From Oceanobacter mangrovi (lineage in GTDB: Bacteria > Pseudomonadota > Gammaproteobacteria > Pseudomonadales > Oceanobacteraceae), in the NCBI RefSeq assembly GCF_019740315.1, contig NZ_JAHXZR010000002.1:1-64000 (forward strand): DNA of 64,000 bases. Reading direction: 5' to 3'. Below the pieces are notes generated by a model. The model ran no database searches, was not told the origin of the DNA, and was given only the letters and a program-made list of their open reading frames with translations. Shown one piece after another: positions 16,966 through 26,983 of this stretch. Position numbers and translations under genes: made by a program. The first letter of the stretch is position 1. Every line of letters starts with the position of its first letter.

Positions 16966-18204
16966 TCAGGCTGGATCGGTGGCATCGATGATCAACAAGC
17001 CCTGCTCCTGTTCGGCGGCACGGCCTTGCTCGACCTTGCGAATGGCTTCTTCCATACGCTCGCTGAGCTGGTTCATGTCTTCGATGGATTCACGCATCGG
17101 TGTCAGAGCCTGCTTGCGGAAGCTCGACAGATCGGCAATCGCCTGTTCGACATTGGCAAAGGCAGCCTTGATCTTGTTGATGTCGAGGTTGGCAGAGCTG
17201 GCCTGTTTCTGGATCTCAACACCCTGGGTACGCAGCTGTTCGGATGTCGACAGCAGCATATCGCTGGTGGTGCTGTTGAGCTCGTTGGTGGCGTCGAGCA
17301 CCTTTTGTTGACGTTTGAGGGCGATTGCCAGGGTTGCCGCCACGCCCAGTGCGGTAATGGTGACGTTTAACGCCCGTTCGACACCACGGATCAGCTGTTT
17401 GTTGTTTTCAACAATCACATCAATCGACAGGTATCCCTGCTGGTTGACCGCCAGTTGCTGTTGCAGATCCATAATGCGCTGGTTGATCGGGAACAGCACC
17501 TTGTCTTGCAGAAAGCCTTTTTGCTGGTCGTCAGTCGTCATGGCACTGACCGCCGCGCTGAGTTTCTTTTCGGCCAGCTGGCCGAGGGTGATGTAGTCTT
17601 CCAGCTGATAGGTGAGCTGGCGCATTACCGACTGGTCATTCATCAGCGTGGTGTTGTCGTTTACCAGCTGCTGTTTGCCCGCTTCCATGTTCTGAACAAT
17701 GTCTTTCAGCACGGCTTCAACGGTCTGGTACTTGGCGTACCAACGTGCCAGCGGTGTACCAAAGCCGGGAATCAGCGACAGCAGCTTGCGAAAGCCACTT
17801 TCTGACAGATTGAACTTGTTGGGGTTAACCTCGGCCACACGCTCCTGCAGTTGCAGCAGGTTTTTCGCCACAGGGCCGCCGTCATCGGCTTCGGAGATCA
17901 GGTGAGCCGGGGCTTTCAGCATGGCACTGCTGTGGCGGTTGAGTTGTTGCTGGGCATCCGCGCCCAGTGTTTCTACGGTCGCGACAGCCTGACGTTGGGC
18001 GGCTTCATTACGGCCATCAATAGCCAGCAGGGAAGCGACGAACTGGTCGGCCTGACGTTCGTATTCGCTTTCAACGGAAGCGGCACGCTGGTCGCGGGAT
18101 GCGTTCAATTGCGGCAGCTTTTCCTGCTTCAGCTGGGTCAGAGTCACCGGCTTGAGTTCAAGACCCGGGCTGGCGTGTTCAACTGGGTTAGTCATCGTAT
18201 TCAT
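16966..18204 (-). CDS. telA: TelA-family toxic-anion-resistance protein
   Basis: About 410 aa, all-alpha and coiled-coil rich, typical TelA/KlaB length. Start overlaps the stop of the upstream XpaC-like gene. The TelA-XpaC pairing is a known conserved dyad (Bacillus yaaN-xpaC). Confidence 0.6.
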   Translation of the reverse strand: MNTMTNPVEHASPGLELKPVTLTQLKQEKLPQLNASRDQRAASVESEYERQADQFVASLLAIDGRNEAAQRQAVATVETLGADAQQQLNRHSSAMLKAPAHLISEADDGGPVAKNLLQLQERVAEVNPNKFNLSESGFRKLLSLIPGFGTPLARWYAKYQTVEAVLKDIVQNMEAGKQQLVNDNTTLMNDQSVMRQLTYQLEDYITLGQLAEKKLSAAVSAMTTDDQQKGFLQDKVLFPINQRIMDLQQQLAVNQQGYLSIDVIVENNKQLIRGVERALNVTITALGVAATLAIALKRQQKVLDATNELNSTTSDMLLSTSEQLRTQGVEIQKQASSANLDINKIKAAFANVEQAIADLSSFRKQALTPMRESIEDMNQLSERMEEAIRKVEQGRAAEQEQGLLIIDATDPA

Positions 18205-18998
18205 TCCTTGTCTTGACGAATGGAGTAGCGCGCCAGGCGCTGGATATGGTGGTCAAATTCTTTCATGGCATCCTGCAATGCCATTTTTTCGAGTGCACCT
18301 GTGGTGATTGAGGCCAGCTCGGCGGCAGAAACATCCAACAGCGTCAGCGCTGCCTCGTTATCAACGAACAACTGCTGCACGGCCTGTTGTTTGTCGTGAT
18401 AAAGCGCCAGTCGGGTGCTCAGGGCCGTGTGTTGCTGCTGCGGTAAATCTGGCTGTTGCAGTTGCTGTTCAAGCTCTGCAACCTGGATGGTACTGATGGA
18501 TTTCAGCAGGTCCGCTGCCTGAATCAGGTTGTCGAGGCTGGCGTGATAAACCGTCATGGCCTTGTTGAGATAACGTGAATAGGTCAGCTCCTGCGGGTCC
18601 AGCTTGCGGCCCAACAGCTCACGGAAATTATCGAATTTTTCATTCAGTTTGCTGAACTGGCGCTGGCCGATAGCCGAATCGAGTTCAACAAAGCTGGCTT
18701 TGAGGGCGGCCAGTTTCTGTTCGCGTTGTTGTTCCATCGCTTGCTGATATTGCTGTAGCAGGCGTTTTTCGATACGGCTTTGGCCGGTGGCCAACAGCAC
18801 TGGCAAATTGATGCAGGACCAGGCCAGCATCAGCCCGGCAGCGGCGTACAGGTAGAGTTGATTACCAAACACAAACAGATTGGCGGCACCCGCCAGTAAC
18901 GCCCCCGTGAGCGGGTAGACAGTACCCGGATGCTCAACCGCCGAGACAATCAGTTTGCGTTTGACGGTGGCCGGATCGAGATAGTTATTGAGAGACAT
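18201..18998 (-). CDS. XpaC-like membrane protein (5-bromo-4-chloroindolyl phosphate hydrolysis protein family)
   Basis: 265 aa with two N-terminal TM helices (YPLTGALLAGAANLFVF; LYLYAAAGLMLAWSCINLPVLL) followed by a long coiled-coil/Q-rich region. Translationally coupled to telA. Confidence 0.45.
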   Translation of the reverse strand: MSLNNYLDPATVKRKLIVSAVEHPGTVYPLTGALLAGAANLFVFGNQLYLYAAAGLMLAWSCINLPVLLATGQSRIEKRLLQQYQQAMEQQREQKLAALKASFVELDSAIGQRQFSKLNEKFDNFRELLGRKLDPQELTYSRYLNKAMTVYHASLDNLIQAADLLKSISTIQVAELEQQLQQPDLPQQQHTALSTRLALYHDKQQAVQQLFVDNEAALTLLDVSAAELASITTGALEKMALQDAMKEFDHHIQRLARYSIRQDKE

Positions 18999-19007
18999 AC
19001 TGCTTCC

Positions 19008-20543
19008 TCAAATGGGATCTCGTTTCAGTATCAGTTCAACCCGTGGCAAACGATAACGCCAGGCTCGCAGTGATTCGCCAGGCTGGCGTTGCAGCGGTTG
19101 CTCGCCCCCAAAACCTGTGGCCATCAGCCGTTTACTGTCGAGCTGATAGTGGCTGCTCAAATAGTCGGCAACGGCCTGGGCACGGGCCAGTGACAACGCC
19201 TTGTTGGCGTCAGCATCGCCCTGATTGGTGGTATGTCCGGCAATCAGGAGGCGGAAGCTGGGATAGTGACGCAGGGTCTGAATCGCATCATCGAGCAGGC
19301 TTTCACCTTCCGGAGTGAGGCTGTGAGAGCCGTTCAGAAATGACACCGGCTGGATTTTTAACGTGCCCACGGTTTCCAGCTGCTGCCAGGCCGCAGCCGA
19401 TAATTCCGTGAAGCGGGTTGTCGGGTTACCAGGCTCGGCCAGGTCACCGGTGTTTTGCAGTACCGAATACAGCTGTTTTAACGGGTTGCTGTAAATCAGC
19501 CGAAAGGGATCGTTATCCGGCAGATTCACCTTGTCCTGGCTGGCAAACGCCTGCAGCGTTGCGCGGGTATCCTGGATGGTTTGTACCAAACCAATATCCG
19601 CCAGTGCGTCGGTAATACCGAACCAGCGTTCGGCATTGGCCTGCAAACCGGCCCAGCCAACACCACGAACCAGCTCGGCGTTCTGGGCCGTTTTCAGGCC
19701 GGTCCAGTCCTGCAGATCCTTGTTAAGGGTGTCTGGCTGGCTGCGGTAATAACGCAAGGTGCGGAAGTAGGCGTTCAGCACGGTACGCAGGGCATCCGGG
19801 TTTTTGCTGGCGAAGTCGCGGTTGGCCAGCAGGATATCAACGATCACACCTTCGGTGCTTTCGGTACCGATCAGACGTTTGATACCGTCAATTTGCAGCG
19901 CCTTGCTGACATCCGGTTCCCATAAAACAGCCGCCGCCACCTGATGCTGTTGCAGTGCTGCCAGCGCTTGTTGGGAGCCGTCGGTATAACGGGCCCAGCT
20001 GTCATCCTGGCGCAGGCGTTCAATATCGAAATGCACCGCCAGTGATTTCAGCAGCTGGTGACTGGGGGAATTGGGCGTTAGCGCGATACGGCTGTCGCCT
20101 TGCTTGAGATCGTCCAGTGATGCCACCTGATCCGCCCAGCCAACCAGCGCGTCACCGCCCTTGGACTCGTCGATTACCGCAATCATGCTGGCGGCCCACT
20201 GATTGGACTGACCGTGCAGCAACCAGGAATCGACGGTGCCGACTGCCAGATCGAGTTTGCCACTACTGAGGGCCTGATAACGGCTGGCGTAGTCGCCATA
20301 ATCATTCACACAGTCAAGCCGGATACCTTCCAGATACAAACGCTTTTGCAGCTCGGATGAACAGAGTGGGAAATAGCCCACCCAGCCATCAACGCCGACC
20401 GTCAGGGTCTGGCGAATCTGCGCCGAATCCGACACCGACTTCTGGTTCGATACCTGTTGCCACTTATTGTAAGTGGCGTAGCCAGCAATGGTGACGGCGC
20501 CAACCAGCAGGATCGAAAGCGCAATATGCTTGTGCTGGGCCAT
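19008..20543 (-). CDS. Membrane-anchored periplasmic substrate-binding-like domain fused to a C-terminal OmpA-like peptidoglycan-binding domain
   Basis: N-terminal TM helix IALSILLVGAVTIAGYA; central NMT1/TauA/PhnD-like SBP fold; C-terminal OmpA_C-like motif (LIAGHTTNQGDADANKALSLARAQAVADYL). Confidence 0.55.
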   Translation of the reverse strand: MAQHKHIALSILLVGAVTIAGYATYNKWQQVSNQKSVSDSAQIRQTLTVGVDGWVGYFPLCSSELQKRLYLEGIRLDCVNDYGDYASRYQALSSGKLDLAVGTVDSWLLHGQSNQWAASMIAVIDESKGGDALVGWADQVASLDDLKQGDSRIALTPNSPSHQLLKSLAVHFDIERLRQDDSWARYTDGSQQALAALQQHQVAAAVLWEPDVSKALQIDGIKRLIGTESTEGVIVDILLANRDFASKNPDALRTVLNAYFRTLRYYRSQPDTLNKDLQDWTGLKTAQNAELVRGVGWAGLQANAERWFGITDALADIGLVQTIQDTRATLQAFASQDKVNLPDNDPFRLIYSNPLKQLYSVLQNTGDLAEPGNPTTRFTELSAAAWQQLETVGTLKIQPVSFLNGSHSLTPEGESLLDDAIQTLRHYPSFRLLIAGHTTNQGDADANKALSLARAQAVADYLSSHYQLDSKRLMATGFGGEQPLQRQPGESLRAWRYRLPRVELILKRDPI

Positions 20544-20546
20544 GGT

Positions 20547-21380
20547 TTATTGGCTGCCTCCATCACTGAAACTGGTGACATCAAACGACGGAGCTTCAGC
20601 GACCACCGCTTCCAGACCGGCGGTCAGTGATTTTTCGTCATTGGCCTGGTAATAGGCGGTAATGCCTGGTTGATTGAGCGGGTGATCCTTACCGATACAG
20701 AAACCAATGGTGTGAATGTTGATCGGTGTGGTGTGGTTCAGTTTGGTAATCACGTTATCCGGTGCTTCACCGTCGCTGGGCAGGCCATCGGTCACAATCA
20801 CCAGGTGGTATTCACCATATCCCAACTGGCGAATGGCCTGCTCGGTGAGCATGCCAGCGGATTCCCTGATGGAAGTTTTTAATGGCGTGCCGGCACCAGC
20901 GACCAGTTTATTGAGTGCTGCGGCCAACTGCTGCTGATTGTAGTGGCCGAGCCCCAGCCGAGGCCCCATGCCAGCCTGATCGAAGGCATAGATACCGACG
21001 TTGGCGTCGGTCGGGACGGATGTCATAAAACTGAGGGCCGCTCGTTTGGCGGCGTCCAGACGGGTGCCTCGATCGGAACATTCAGTGGACCCCATCGACC
21101 CTGAACCGTCGATCAACAACAGATAATTGGCTTGCAACATCTGTTCGGAGTCCAGTGCGGCCGGGCTGCCCTGAGCCACTTTGGGCCAGCTGTTATCCGT
21201 TCCCCGGGCTCCATAGGCTGCCGCGGGTGGTTGCTTTGGCTGGCTGTTGAAGCTGCTGTTGGCCATCGTCGTCTGGCCCGGGTTAGCGGAATCGTCACAA
21301 CCACTGACCAGCAAGGTGAACGCCAGCGGCAGTGCCAGTAGGGCCGGACTACCGAGGGTTTGGCTAAATCCTTTTTTCAT
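20547..21380 (-). CDS. VWA-domain lipoprotein
   Basis: Lipobox LLVSGC after a signal peptide. MIDAS LLLIDGSGSM ... TDG. About 277 aa. Flanked by the two SBP::OmpA paralogues at 4-12 nt spacing. Confidence 0.7.
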   Translation of the reverse strand: MKKGFSQTLGSPALLALPLAFTLLVSGCDDSANPGQTTMANSSFNSQPKQPPAAAYGARGTDNSWPKVAQGSPAALDSEQMLQANYLLLIDGSGSMGSTECSDRGTRLDAAKRAALSFMTSVPTDANVGIYAFDQAGMGPRLGLGHYNQQQLAAALNKLVAGAGTPLKTSIRESAGMLTEQAIRQLGYGEYHLVIVTDGLPSDGEAPDNVITKLNHTTPINIHTIGFCIGKDHPLNQPGITAYYQANDEKSLTAGLEAVVAEAPSFDVTSFSDGGSQ

Positions 21381-21391
21381 CCGAGTGCTCC

Positions 21392-23089
21392 TCACAGTGG
21401 CTTGAAGATGTCTTCTTCAGCAGTGATTGGAATCATCCGGAACACCACTCGCATATTGGACAACCACTGAGCCTCGGTTTTCGGCGCACAGGGGTCCTGA
21501 CCGCAGATGCCGGTGGCCGGGTTGGTAATGCCATAACCAACCAGCGCGAACTGGGATGGATCAAGTGCTACGCCGGCCTTGTTGCTGTAGGCAATAATGG
21601 CGTCACGAACTTCGCGGGCTCGGCTGTAGGAAAGGTTCTTGCCAGACTGTTTCAGGCGGTTCAGAACGATGCTGCTCTTGCCCTCTTTTTGGGCCCGCAG
21701 CCAGGCCATCGGATCGGAATGGCCTTCGACCGTAATAATCGCGCCGCTGTAGGTAGCCGCCATATCCATGGCTTTGGCGAAGTCGCTGCCATACAAATCG
21801 GTAGAGAAGTTTTCCTGATTGGGGCGGAACAACACCTCGAAGGAGAACTCGCCATCGGATTCCAGCGTACCGGCTTTCTGTTTCTGGCTCACCAGCGAGG
21901 CAACTTTCTGTTCATCGAATTGCTGGTTACGGGAAACGCCGGACGATTTAACACCGGCTGCCAGATTGGCGAAGTTCCAGCTGGCGATTTGTACCGGATG
22001 GGCGCTTTTCAACATGCCCAGTGAAACCAGACCCGCCTGGATTTCATCAGCCAGTTTGAACACGTTGCGTGGGTAGTTGCTGTCGTTGAAGAACAAACGG
22101 TTGGCTTCGGCGTCAGCCAGTTGGGCATCGGCAAAGAAACCGGCCACTTCGTCGGTTGCGTTGGCGCTGTCAAACAGCACTGCTGCAGAACCACGGGCCA
22201 GTTTGTCGTAGCCGCCTGCACGGCTTTTCATCAGTGCCACTACCTGTTCATCCGCCTGCATCAGACCGGAGACAAAGGCCTCTACCGCTGCCGGATTACG
22301 CTTGAGGTAGTCATCACGGACGGCATAAACGTCGGCGATGATGCGGTTGGCAGAGCGGGTATCCAGCGCGATTCGGGCACCTTTGACGGAACCTTCTGCA
22401 CCGGTACCAACAGTACCGTCGGAAGTCAGGGCAAGTGCATCCGGGGTAATCACAAAGACCGCATCAACGTCTTGCTGGTAGAGGGCTTCCGCGGGGGAAT
22501 TCTCCGTGCCGGTCAGGTCTGGCAGCCACTTGAGGGTGACCTCGTTGAGACCAATGCCAGCGTCTTTCAGTACCCGCGCCATATAGTCAACGTGAGGGCC
22601 GTAAGCTTGCAGGGCAATGGTTTTGCCTTTCAGATCAGCCAGAGAACGAATGTTGTCTTTCACCACCAGAGCGTCGCCACCGGCCGACCAGCTCATCTGG
22701 TAAATCACTACTGGCTTGATGTTGTGTTTGGCGAGCAATTCCTGCGAGGCCAGCACCATCCCCAGCGTGCCACGCAGGTAGGGAGATTTACCGCTGACAA
22801 AGTTCTCTAACTGGGTATCAAAGGAATCGACCCGTTCAATCGACAGGTTCAGGCTGGACTGCTGGAATAGCGAGGCATTGGCCGTTTTGGGCTGGTCACC
22901 GTTGGCGTGAATCACCTTCATATCGGCGGGCCAGGTAATGACGGGTACAGAGACCGAGCGGACCGAGGCGACATCGCCATACTGGACGGGCAGTTCGAGC
23001 AGGGGTTTGGGAGAAATATAAGCCGGGCTGGCAAACGCAAAGGTGCTGAATAAAGACAGCAGGCAGCCAGCGAGATAACCTGATCGCAT
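21392..23089 (-). CDS. Secreted substrate-binding-like domain fused to C-terminal OmpA-like domain (paralogue of 19008-20543)
   Basis: Start chosen at MRSGYLAGCLLSLFSTFAFA (signal peptide; AAGGA RBS). C-terminal OmpA-like segment (ITVEGHSDPM...SYSRAREVRDAI). Same domain architecture as the gene at 19008. Confidence 0.55.
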   Translation of the reverse strand: MRSGYLAGCLLSLFSTFAFASPAYISPKPLLELPVQYGDVASVRSVSVPVITWPADMKVIHANGDQPKTANASLFQQSSLNLSIERVDSFDTQLENFVSGKSPYLRGTLGMVLASQELLAKHNIKPVVIYQMSWSAGGDALVVKDNIRSLADLKGKTIALQAYGPHVDYMARVLKDAGIGLNEVTLKWLPDLTGTENSPAEALYQQDVDAVFVITPDALALTSDGTVGTGAEGSVKGARIALDTRSANRIIADVYAVRDDYLKRNPAAVEAFVSGLMQADEQVVALMKSRAGGYDKLARGSAAVLFDSANATDEVAGFFADAQLADAEANRLFFNDSNYPRNVFKLADEIQAGLVSLGMLKSAHPVQIASWNFANLAAGVKSSGVSRNQQFDEQKVASLVSQKQKAGTLESDGEFSFEVLFRPNQENFSTDLYGSDFAKAMDMAATYSGAIITVEGHSDPMAWLRAQKEGKSSIVLNRLKQSGKNLSYSRAREVRDAIIAYSNKAGVALDPSQFALVGYGITNPATGICGQDPCAPKTEAQWLSNMRVVFRMIPITAEEDIFKPL

Positions 23090-23437
23090 GATCTGTTCCT
23101 TGGTAATGACTGGGCGAATCACATGGTGCTGCGGCGGTGATCGCAAGCAACAGTTGGTTGAGTGACGATTTCCCGGTTCATGGCATCCATGCGAGATGGA
23201 CAGGTTAACAGACTGACAAAATGGCTTGGTGATCAATACAGCAAAAATTGCCGCCAGGTGACTGGATGAGGTGTGTGCCTAATTGGCAAAGTTGCCATTG
23301 TTATGTATTTGTTCGATTGGTCATTTCATTGTTTGGCGTTGCTCTGAATTTAAAGGAGCGGTGCAAAAAACGAATTTGAGAGGGCAAATGTGGCAGGGAC
23401 AAACGGATCTGGCGACGGTAGAGCAAGAGAGAAAAAC

Positions 23438-24100
23438 ATGAAGTTTCTGATATTCCTGGGGTCAGTGCGTGACAGTACGCCGCCGCGTCCGGCGCGTTTG
23501 GGGGCCCGGCTGGTGCAAGCGTGCCTGACGTGTTTGCAGGTGAATTATGGCGACCATCAATTTGAAGTTATTGATCCGCTCGACTATCCACTCGAACCCG
23601 TATTCAAACCACATTTTGCCTATTCCAGTCGTCAGGTTCCTGAACCCCTTCAGCGGCTGGCTGATAAAATTGCCGCAGCAGACGGCTATGTGATGGTCAG
23701 CCCGGAATACAACCATTCCATGAGTCCGGCGCTGGCCAACCTGCTGAACCACTTTGGCAGCTCGCTGTTCGCCTTTAAACCCAGCGCCATCGTTACCTAT
23801 TCGGCAGGCCAGTGGGGTGGTATGCGAGCGGCGGTGGGAATGCGCACCTTTTTATCTGAATTGGGATGCTTGCCGGTATCGGCGATGATTCACGTACCGA
23901 AAGTGCAGGACGTGTTTGATGAGCAGGGTGAGCCTCTGGCCGGGGTTGAGTTGGCCGATTGGCAGGCGTATTTCGGTCGCACTTTTAATCAGCTGCTGTG
24001 GTGGGCGGATGCGACGGCCAAACAACGTGCCGCGGTTGATCCTCATCAGGCCATTGGCCATTTTCAGCGTTCAGCAGATCAGCGTAATGCGCCGGGCTGA
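23438..24100 (+). CDS. NAD(P)H-dependent FMN reductase-like flavoprotein (FMN_red / flavodoxin-like fold)
   Basis: MKFLIFLGSVRDSTPPRP...SPEYNHSMSPALANLLNH...YSAGQWGG is the characteristic SsuE/NAD(P)H:FMN reductase signature. Confidence 0.75.
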   Translation: MKFLIFLGSVRDSTPPRPARLGARLVQACLTCLQVNYGDHQFEVIDPLDYPLEPVFKPHFAYSSRQVPEPLQRLADKIAAADGYVMVSPEYNHSMSPALANLLNHFGSSLFAFKPSAIVTYSAGQWGGMRAAVGMRTFLSELGCLPVSAMIHVPKVQDVFDEQGEPLAGVELADWQAYFGRTFNQLLWWADATAKQRAAVDPHQAIGHFQRSADQRNAPG

Positions 24101-25258
24101 TTACGCTCCTCTGTCAGCTGCTTCCGCCAGCCGTTCATCCGTCAGCAGCTCAGCTGCGATTCTGGATGCGGCTCGCAGAGCGCCTTCCAGATAGCCGCCA
24201 AAAGCCGGATCGGTTTCGCTGCTGCCAAACCAGAGTTTGTTGCTCCAGTGGTCGAGCCGCAACCAGGGATGGCCATAGTCCGGGTGACTGGTGGGTAAGT
24301 TGGCATCGGCAGCCACGGCGGTGGTGTCTTGCCGGAACCAGTCCTGAATATGAATGGCATCCGGGCTGGCGGCCTGTGGTCCAAACAGTTGACATAACTG
24401 CTCGACGATCAGGTCAGGTAAGTCTTGCCGGTATTGCTGGCGCAGCTGGGTTGGCAAGGCAAAAAATCCGCCCAGCGCCGCTTGGCTGGTATCGGCATTA
24501 CAGGCGTCAAAAATTTCTCCCAGCATCGCACCGGGATATTGCGCAAAACCATTGCCGGACAAACCCTGCTGACGCCAGAACGGCGTCGGGTATTGAATGA
24601 TGGCTTTGGCATGGCCTGCCATCCAGGTTGGCGTGTTATCCAACAGCTGTTTTAGTTTGTTATCGAGTGGCGGCTCACATTGGATTTGCTGGCTGACCAG
24701 TCGCGGCGGCAGACACAGCACCACCTTGCGGGCCTGCAGACGCAGTTCGTTCTGGTTCGGCGTGTTGAATACCAGTTCGACCCGATCGTCATGATTCAGC
24801 AACGCTGTCAGCCGCTGATGCAAGTGAATGCATGTGGTTGGAATCTGTCTCTGCAAAATTTCTATCAGGCGTTCAACACCACCTTCAATGCGGTAGGCAC
24901 CCCGATAACCCTGCTGATCGGGGAACTGCACGGTGGGCTGTTCCAGCGCGCTTTTGTAGACCGCCTGACCACGCTGGTACTGCGGAAAAACCGGTAACTG
25001 GTGCTGGATAGCAAACTGGCGAATATGGCTTTGGTCATCCGGCCAGATCCAGGTAGGGCCAAGATCAAAGCGGCTATTCGGGCTTTCGCTTGTATGCGGG
25101 CTTTCGCTTGATAGCGGCGTTGAGAGAATACGGCCACCCAGCCGGTTGTTCGCCTCAAAGACAGCCAGTCGCTTGTCAGGCGCCTGTTGGCTTAGTTGAG
25201 CGGCGAGGGCCAGACCCGATAAACCGCCACCAATAATTGCCAGATCGAGAATCGCCAT
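24101..25258 (-). CDS. FAD-dependent oxidoreductase of the flavin amine oxidase family
   Basis: N-terminal dinucleotide-binding LDLAIIGGGLSGLALA...VFEANNRLGGR. Start ATG overlaps the stop of the upstream ORF (ATGA). Confidence 0.7.
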   Translation of the reverse strand: MAILDLAIIGGGLSGLALAAQLSQQAPDKRLAVFEANNRLGGRILSTPLSSESPHTSESPNSRFDLGPTWIWPDDQSHIRQFAIQHQLPVFPQYQRGQAVYKSALEQPTVQFPDQQGYRGAYRIEGGVERLIEILQRQIPTTCIHLHQRLTALLNHDDRVELVFNTPNQNELRLQARKVVLCLPPRLVSQQIQCEPPLDNKLKQLLDNTPTWMAGHAKAIIQYPTPFWRQQGLSGNGFAQYPGAMLGEIFDACNADTSQAALGGFFALPTQLRQQYRQDLPDLIVEQLCQLFGPQAASPDAIHIQDWFRQDTTAVAADANLPTSHPDYGHPWLRLDHWSNKLWFGSSETDPAFGGYLEGALRAASRIAAELLTDERLAEAADRGA

Positions 25259-26145
25259 CAGAGCTGGTCCGAGCCGCTCAGGGTATTGGATTGCCACTGT
25301 GGCAGCTGCCAGCCTTCATGACCAACAACGGGTGGCATCAATTTACGACGGCTGATTGTCCAGCTGCTGTCGGTGGGTTCGACCCGCATACTCCAGCCCC
25401 AGCTGATCGGTGCATAGGCGGGCACCCAGATGGAGTTTTCTGGCACGTCTGACAGGGGCCGTTCCATAAAATAACTGCAGAATTGCTCCAGTACCGTCAC
25501 ACTTTTCACGGCCAGCCCGCTGGCCTGGCGAGGCAAGAACTGCTCAATGCGGTAGTCAAATACATGATCGCGGGTACTGCCCTGCGGTTGCCAGGGTGCT
25601 TGCTGACGTACAACCTGTTGGTCTTCGTGGTCCTGTAGGTACAACAGCGCATCGTCCTCACTGTCTTGTAGCACCAGCGTCGAGCCATCTTCCAGGGTCA
25701 GCAGGCGTTTGGAACTGACCAGCCGGACCTCTCCCAGTCGCACGGCATAGTCCCGAGCCAGATAACGGACATGAAACACCGCCAGGATTGACAGCCATGA
25801 ACCATTGGCACCAGCCAGAATTTCCGGCCCCTCCAGAGCCGATTTCATCAGCTGGAACTCATTGGCCGCCAGCTGGCTGGCAGGCAGTGCGTCGTTGTCC
25901 CAGACAAAGGCGGTTTGGGTCGGGGAAGCATCGGCGCTGCCGCTGGTCAGCGTCAGGTTCTGACCGCTGACACAACCCTCTTCGTCAGCATCCATCAGGG
26001 TTTCTGCCGGATACGCCAGGCCCCGAATGATCAGGGCTGGGCGGTGTTCCGGTCGTGGTTGATTGTTGTCCTGGGCAGTTTTGATCAGGCGCAGGTGGGG
26101 CGATTTGGCGGTGATCGGAAATGGCGGTCGGGACATATAAGTCAA
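25258..26145 (-). CDS. Hypothetical protein translationally coupled to the amine oxidase
   Basis: 295-aa ORF with consistent coding content. No family recognised from sequence alone. Confidence 0.4.
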   Translation of the reverse strand: MTYMSRPPFPITAKSPHLRLIKTAQDNNQPRPEHRPALIIRGLAYPAETLMDADEEGCVSGQNLTLTSGSADASPTQTAFVWDNDALPASQLAANEFQLMKSALEGPEILAGANGSWLSILAVFHVRYLARDYAVRLGEVRLVSSKRLLTLEDGSTLVLQDSEDDALLYLQDHEDQQVVRQQAPWQPQGSTRDHVFDYRIEQFLPRQASGLAVKSVTVLEQFCSYFMERPLSDVPENSIWVPAYAPISWGWSMRVEPTDSSWTISRRKLMPPVVGHEGWQLPQWQSNTLSGSDQL

Positions 26146-26469
26146 TCCGTTGTCTGGCTGGGAAAATGATTGGCGCTGCAGCCAGGGGCTGCCGGGCCTG
26201 TGTCTGGCATCATGATTCGTGCCAGTCTCGCTTGGGTGGCTGGTAAATCTTGCCAGTCTGAGCCTGATCCTGAAATTGGCCCTGGCGACTTTGGCAGGAT
26301 GGCAAAGTGCCGGGGCTGTCAGCTTTGGTACAAATGCTGGCGGATTTTGTTGGTTGTATGGGAGTTTGGGGCTGGAATCGGTTGCTTTCGCAGGGTTTTG
26401 AGGCGGTCGGATTTTTGCAGTGCCCTGTCAGCACACACAGAAATGGTCTGTATTCAGGAGTGGATCCGA

Positions 26470-26919
26470 ATGGCAAAAATTCAGCTGATAGTGGGTACGG
26501 TTAATGGCACGGCCTGGCAAGTAGGCGAGGTGGTTGCTGCCTTGTTGCGCAAACTGGGGCATGACGTGGAGACCAATGAGGAGTCGGTGCCAGCGGATTT
26601 ACTGCGTGATCCGGAAGAAATTCTGCTGGTTTGTTGTGCCACCACTGGCGACGGCGAGGTGCCGCGCAATATTTACCCTGTTTATGCGGCGCTGGATAAC
26701 GAAGCGGTGTCGCTCAAGGGACGTCAGTATGGGGTGATTTCACTCGGTGACAGTGGTTATCCGCGTTTTGCCCATGCTGGCTTGTTGCTGGAAGATGCGT
26801 TCTATCGCAGTGGCGCGACCCGCCTGGGAGAGGTGTTTACCCTGGACGCCCAACAGCACGACAAGCCAGCGCTGGAAGCGGCGATGTGGGCGAAAGACTG
26901 GATTACCGCTGTGGCTTAA
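26470..26919 (+). CDS. Flavodoxin-like protein (MioC/FldA-type short flavodoxin)
   Basis: MAKIQLIVGTVNGTAWQVGE...LLVCCATTGDGEVP...ISLGDSGYPRF is the flavodoxin signature. Start at 26470 with an AGGAG RBS; the longer ORF from 26170 is rejected. Confidence 0.7.
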   Translation: MAKIQLIVGTVNGTAWQVGEVVAALLRKLGHDVETNEESVPADLLRDPEEILLVCCATTGDGEVPRNIYPVYAALDNEAVSLKGRQYGVISLGDSGYPRFAHAGLLLEDAFYRSGATRLGEVFTLDAQQHDKPALEAAMWAKDWITAVA

Positions 26920-26983
26920 CGGCCTGATGGCGATACAGGGTCGGGTCAGTACAGACTACTGACCCCATCCTGTTGGTTGTTGA

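Noticed and set aside
26170-26469. The N-terminal 100 codons of the 249-aa ORF preceding the flavodoxin
   Set aside because: The flavodoxin fold begins at MAKIQLIVG (26470), which has a good AGGAG RBS. The upstream extension is Gly/Trp/Cys-rich with no homology.
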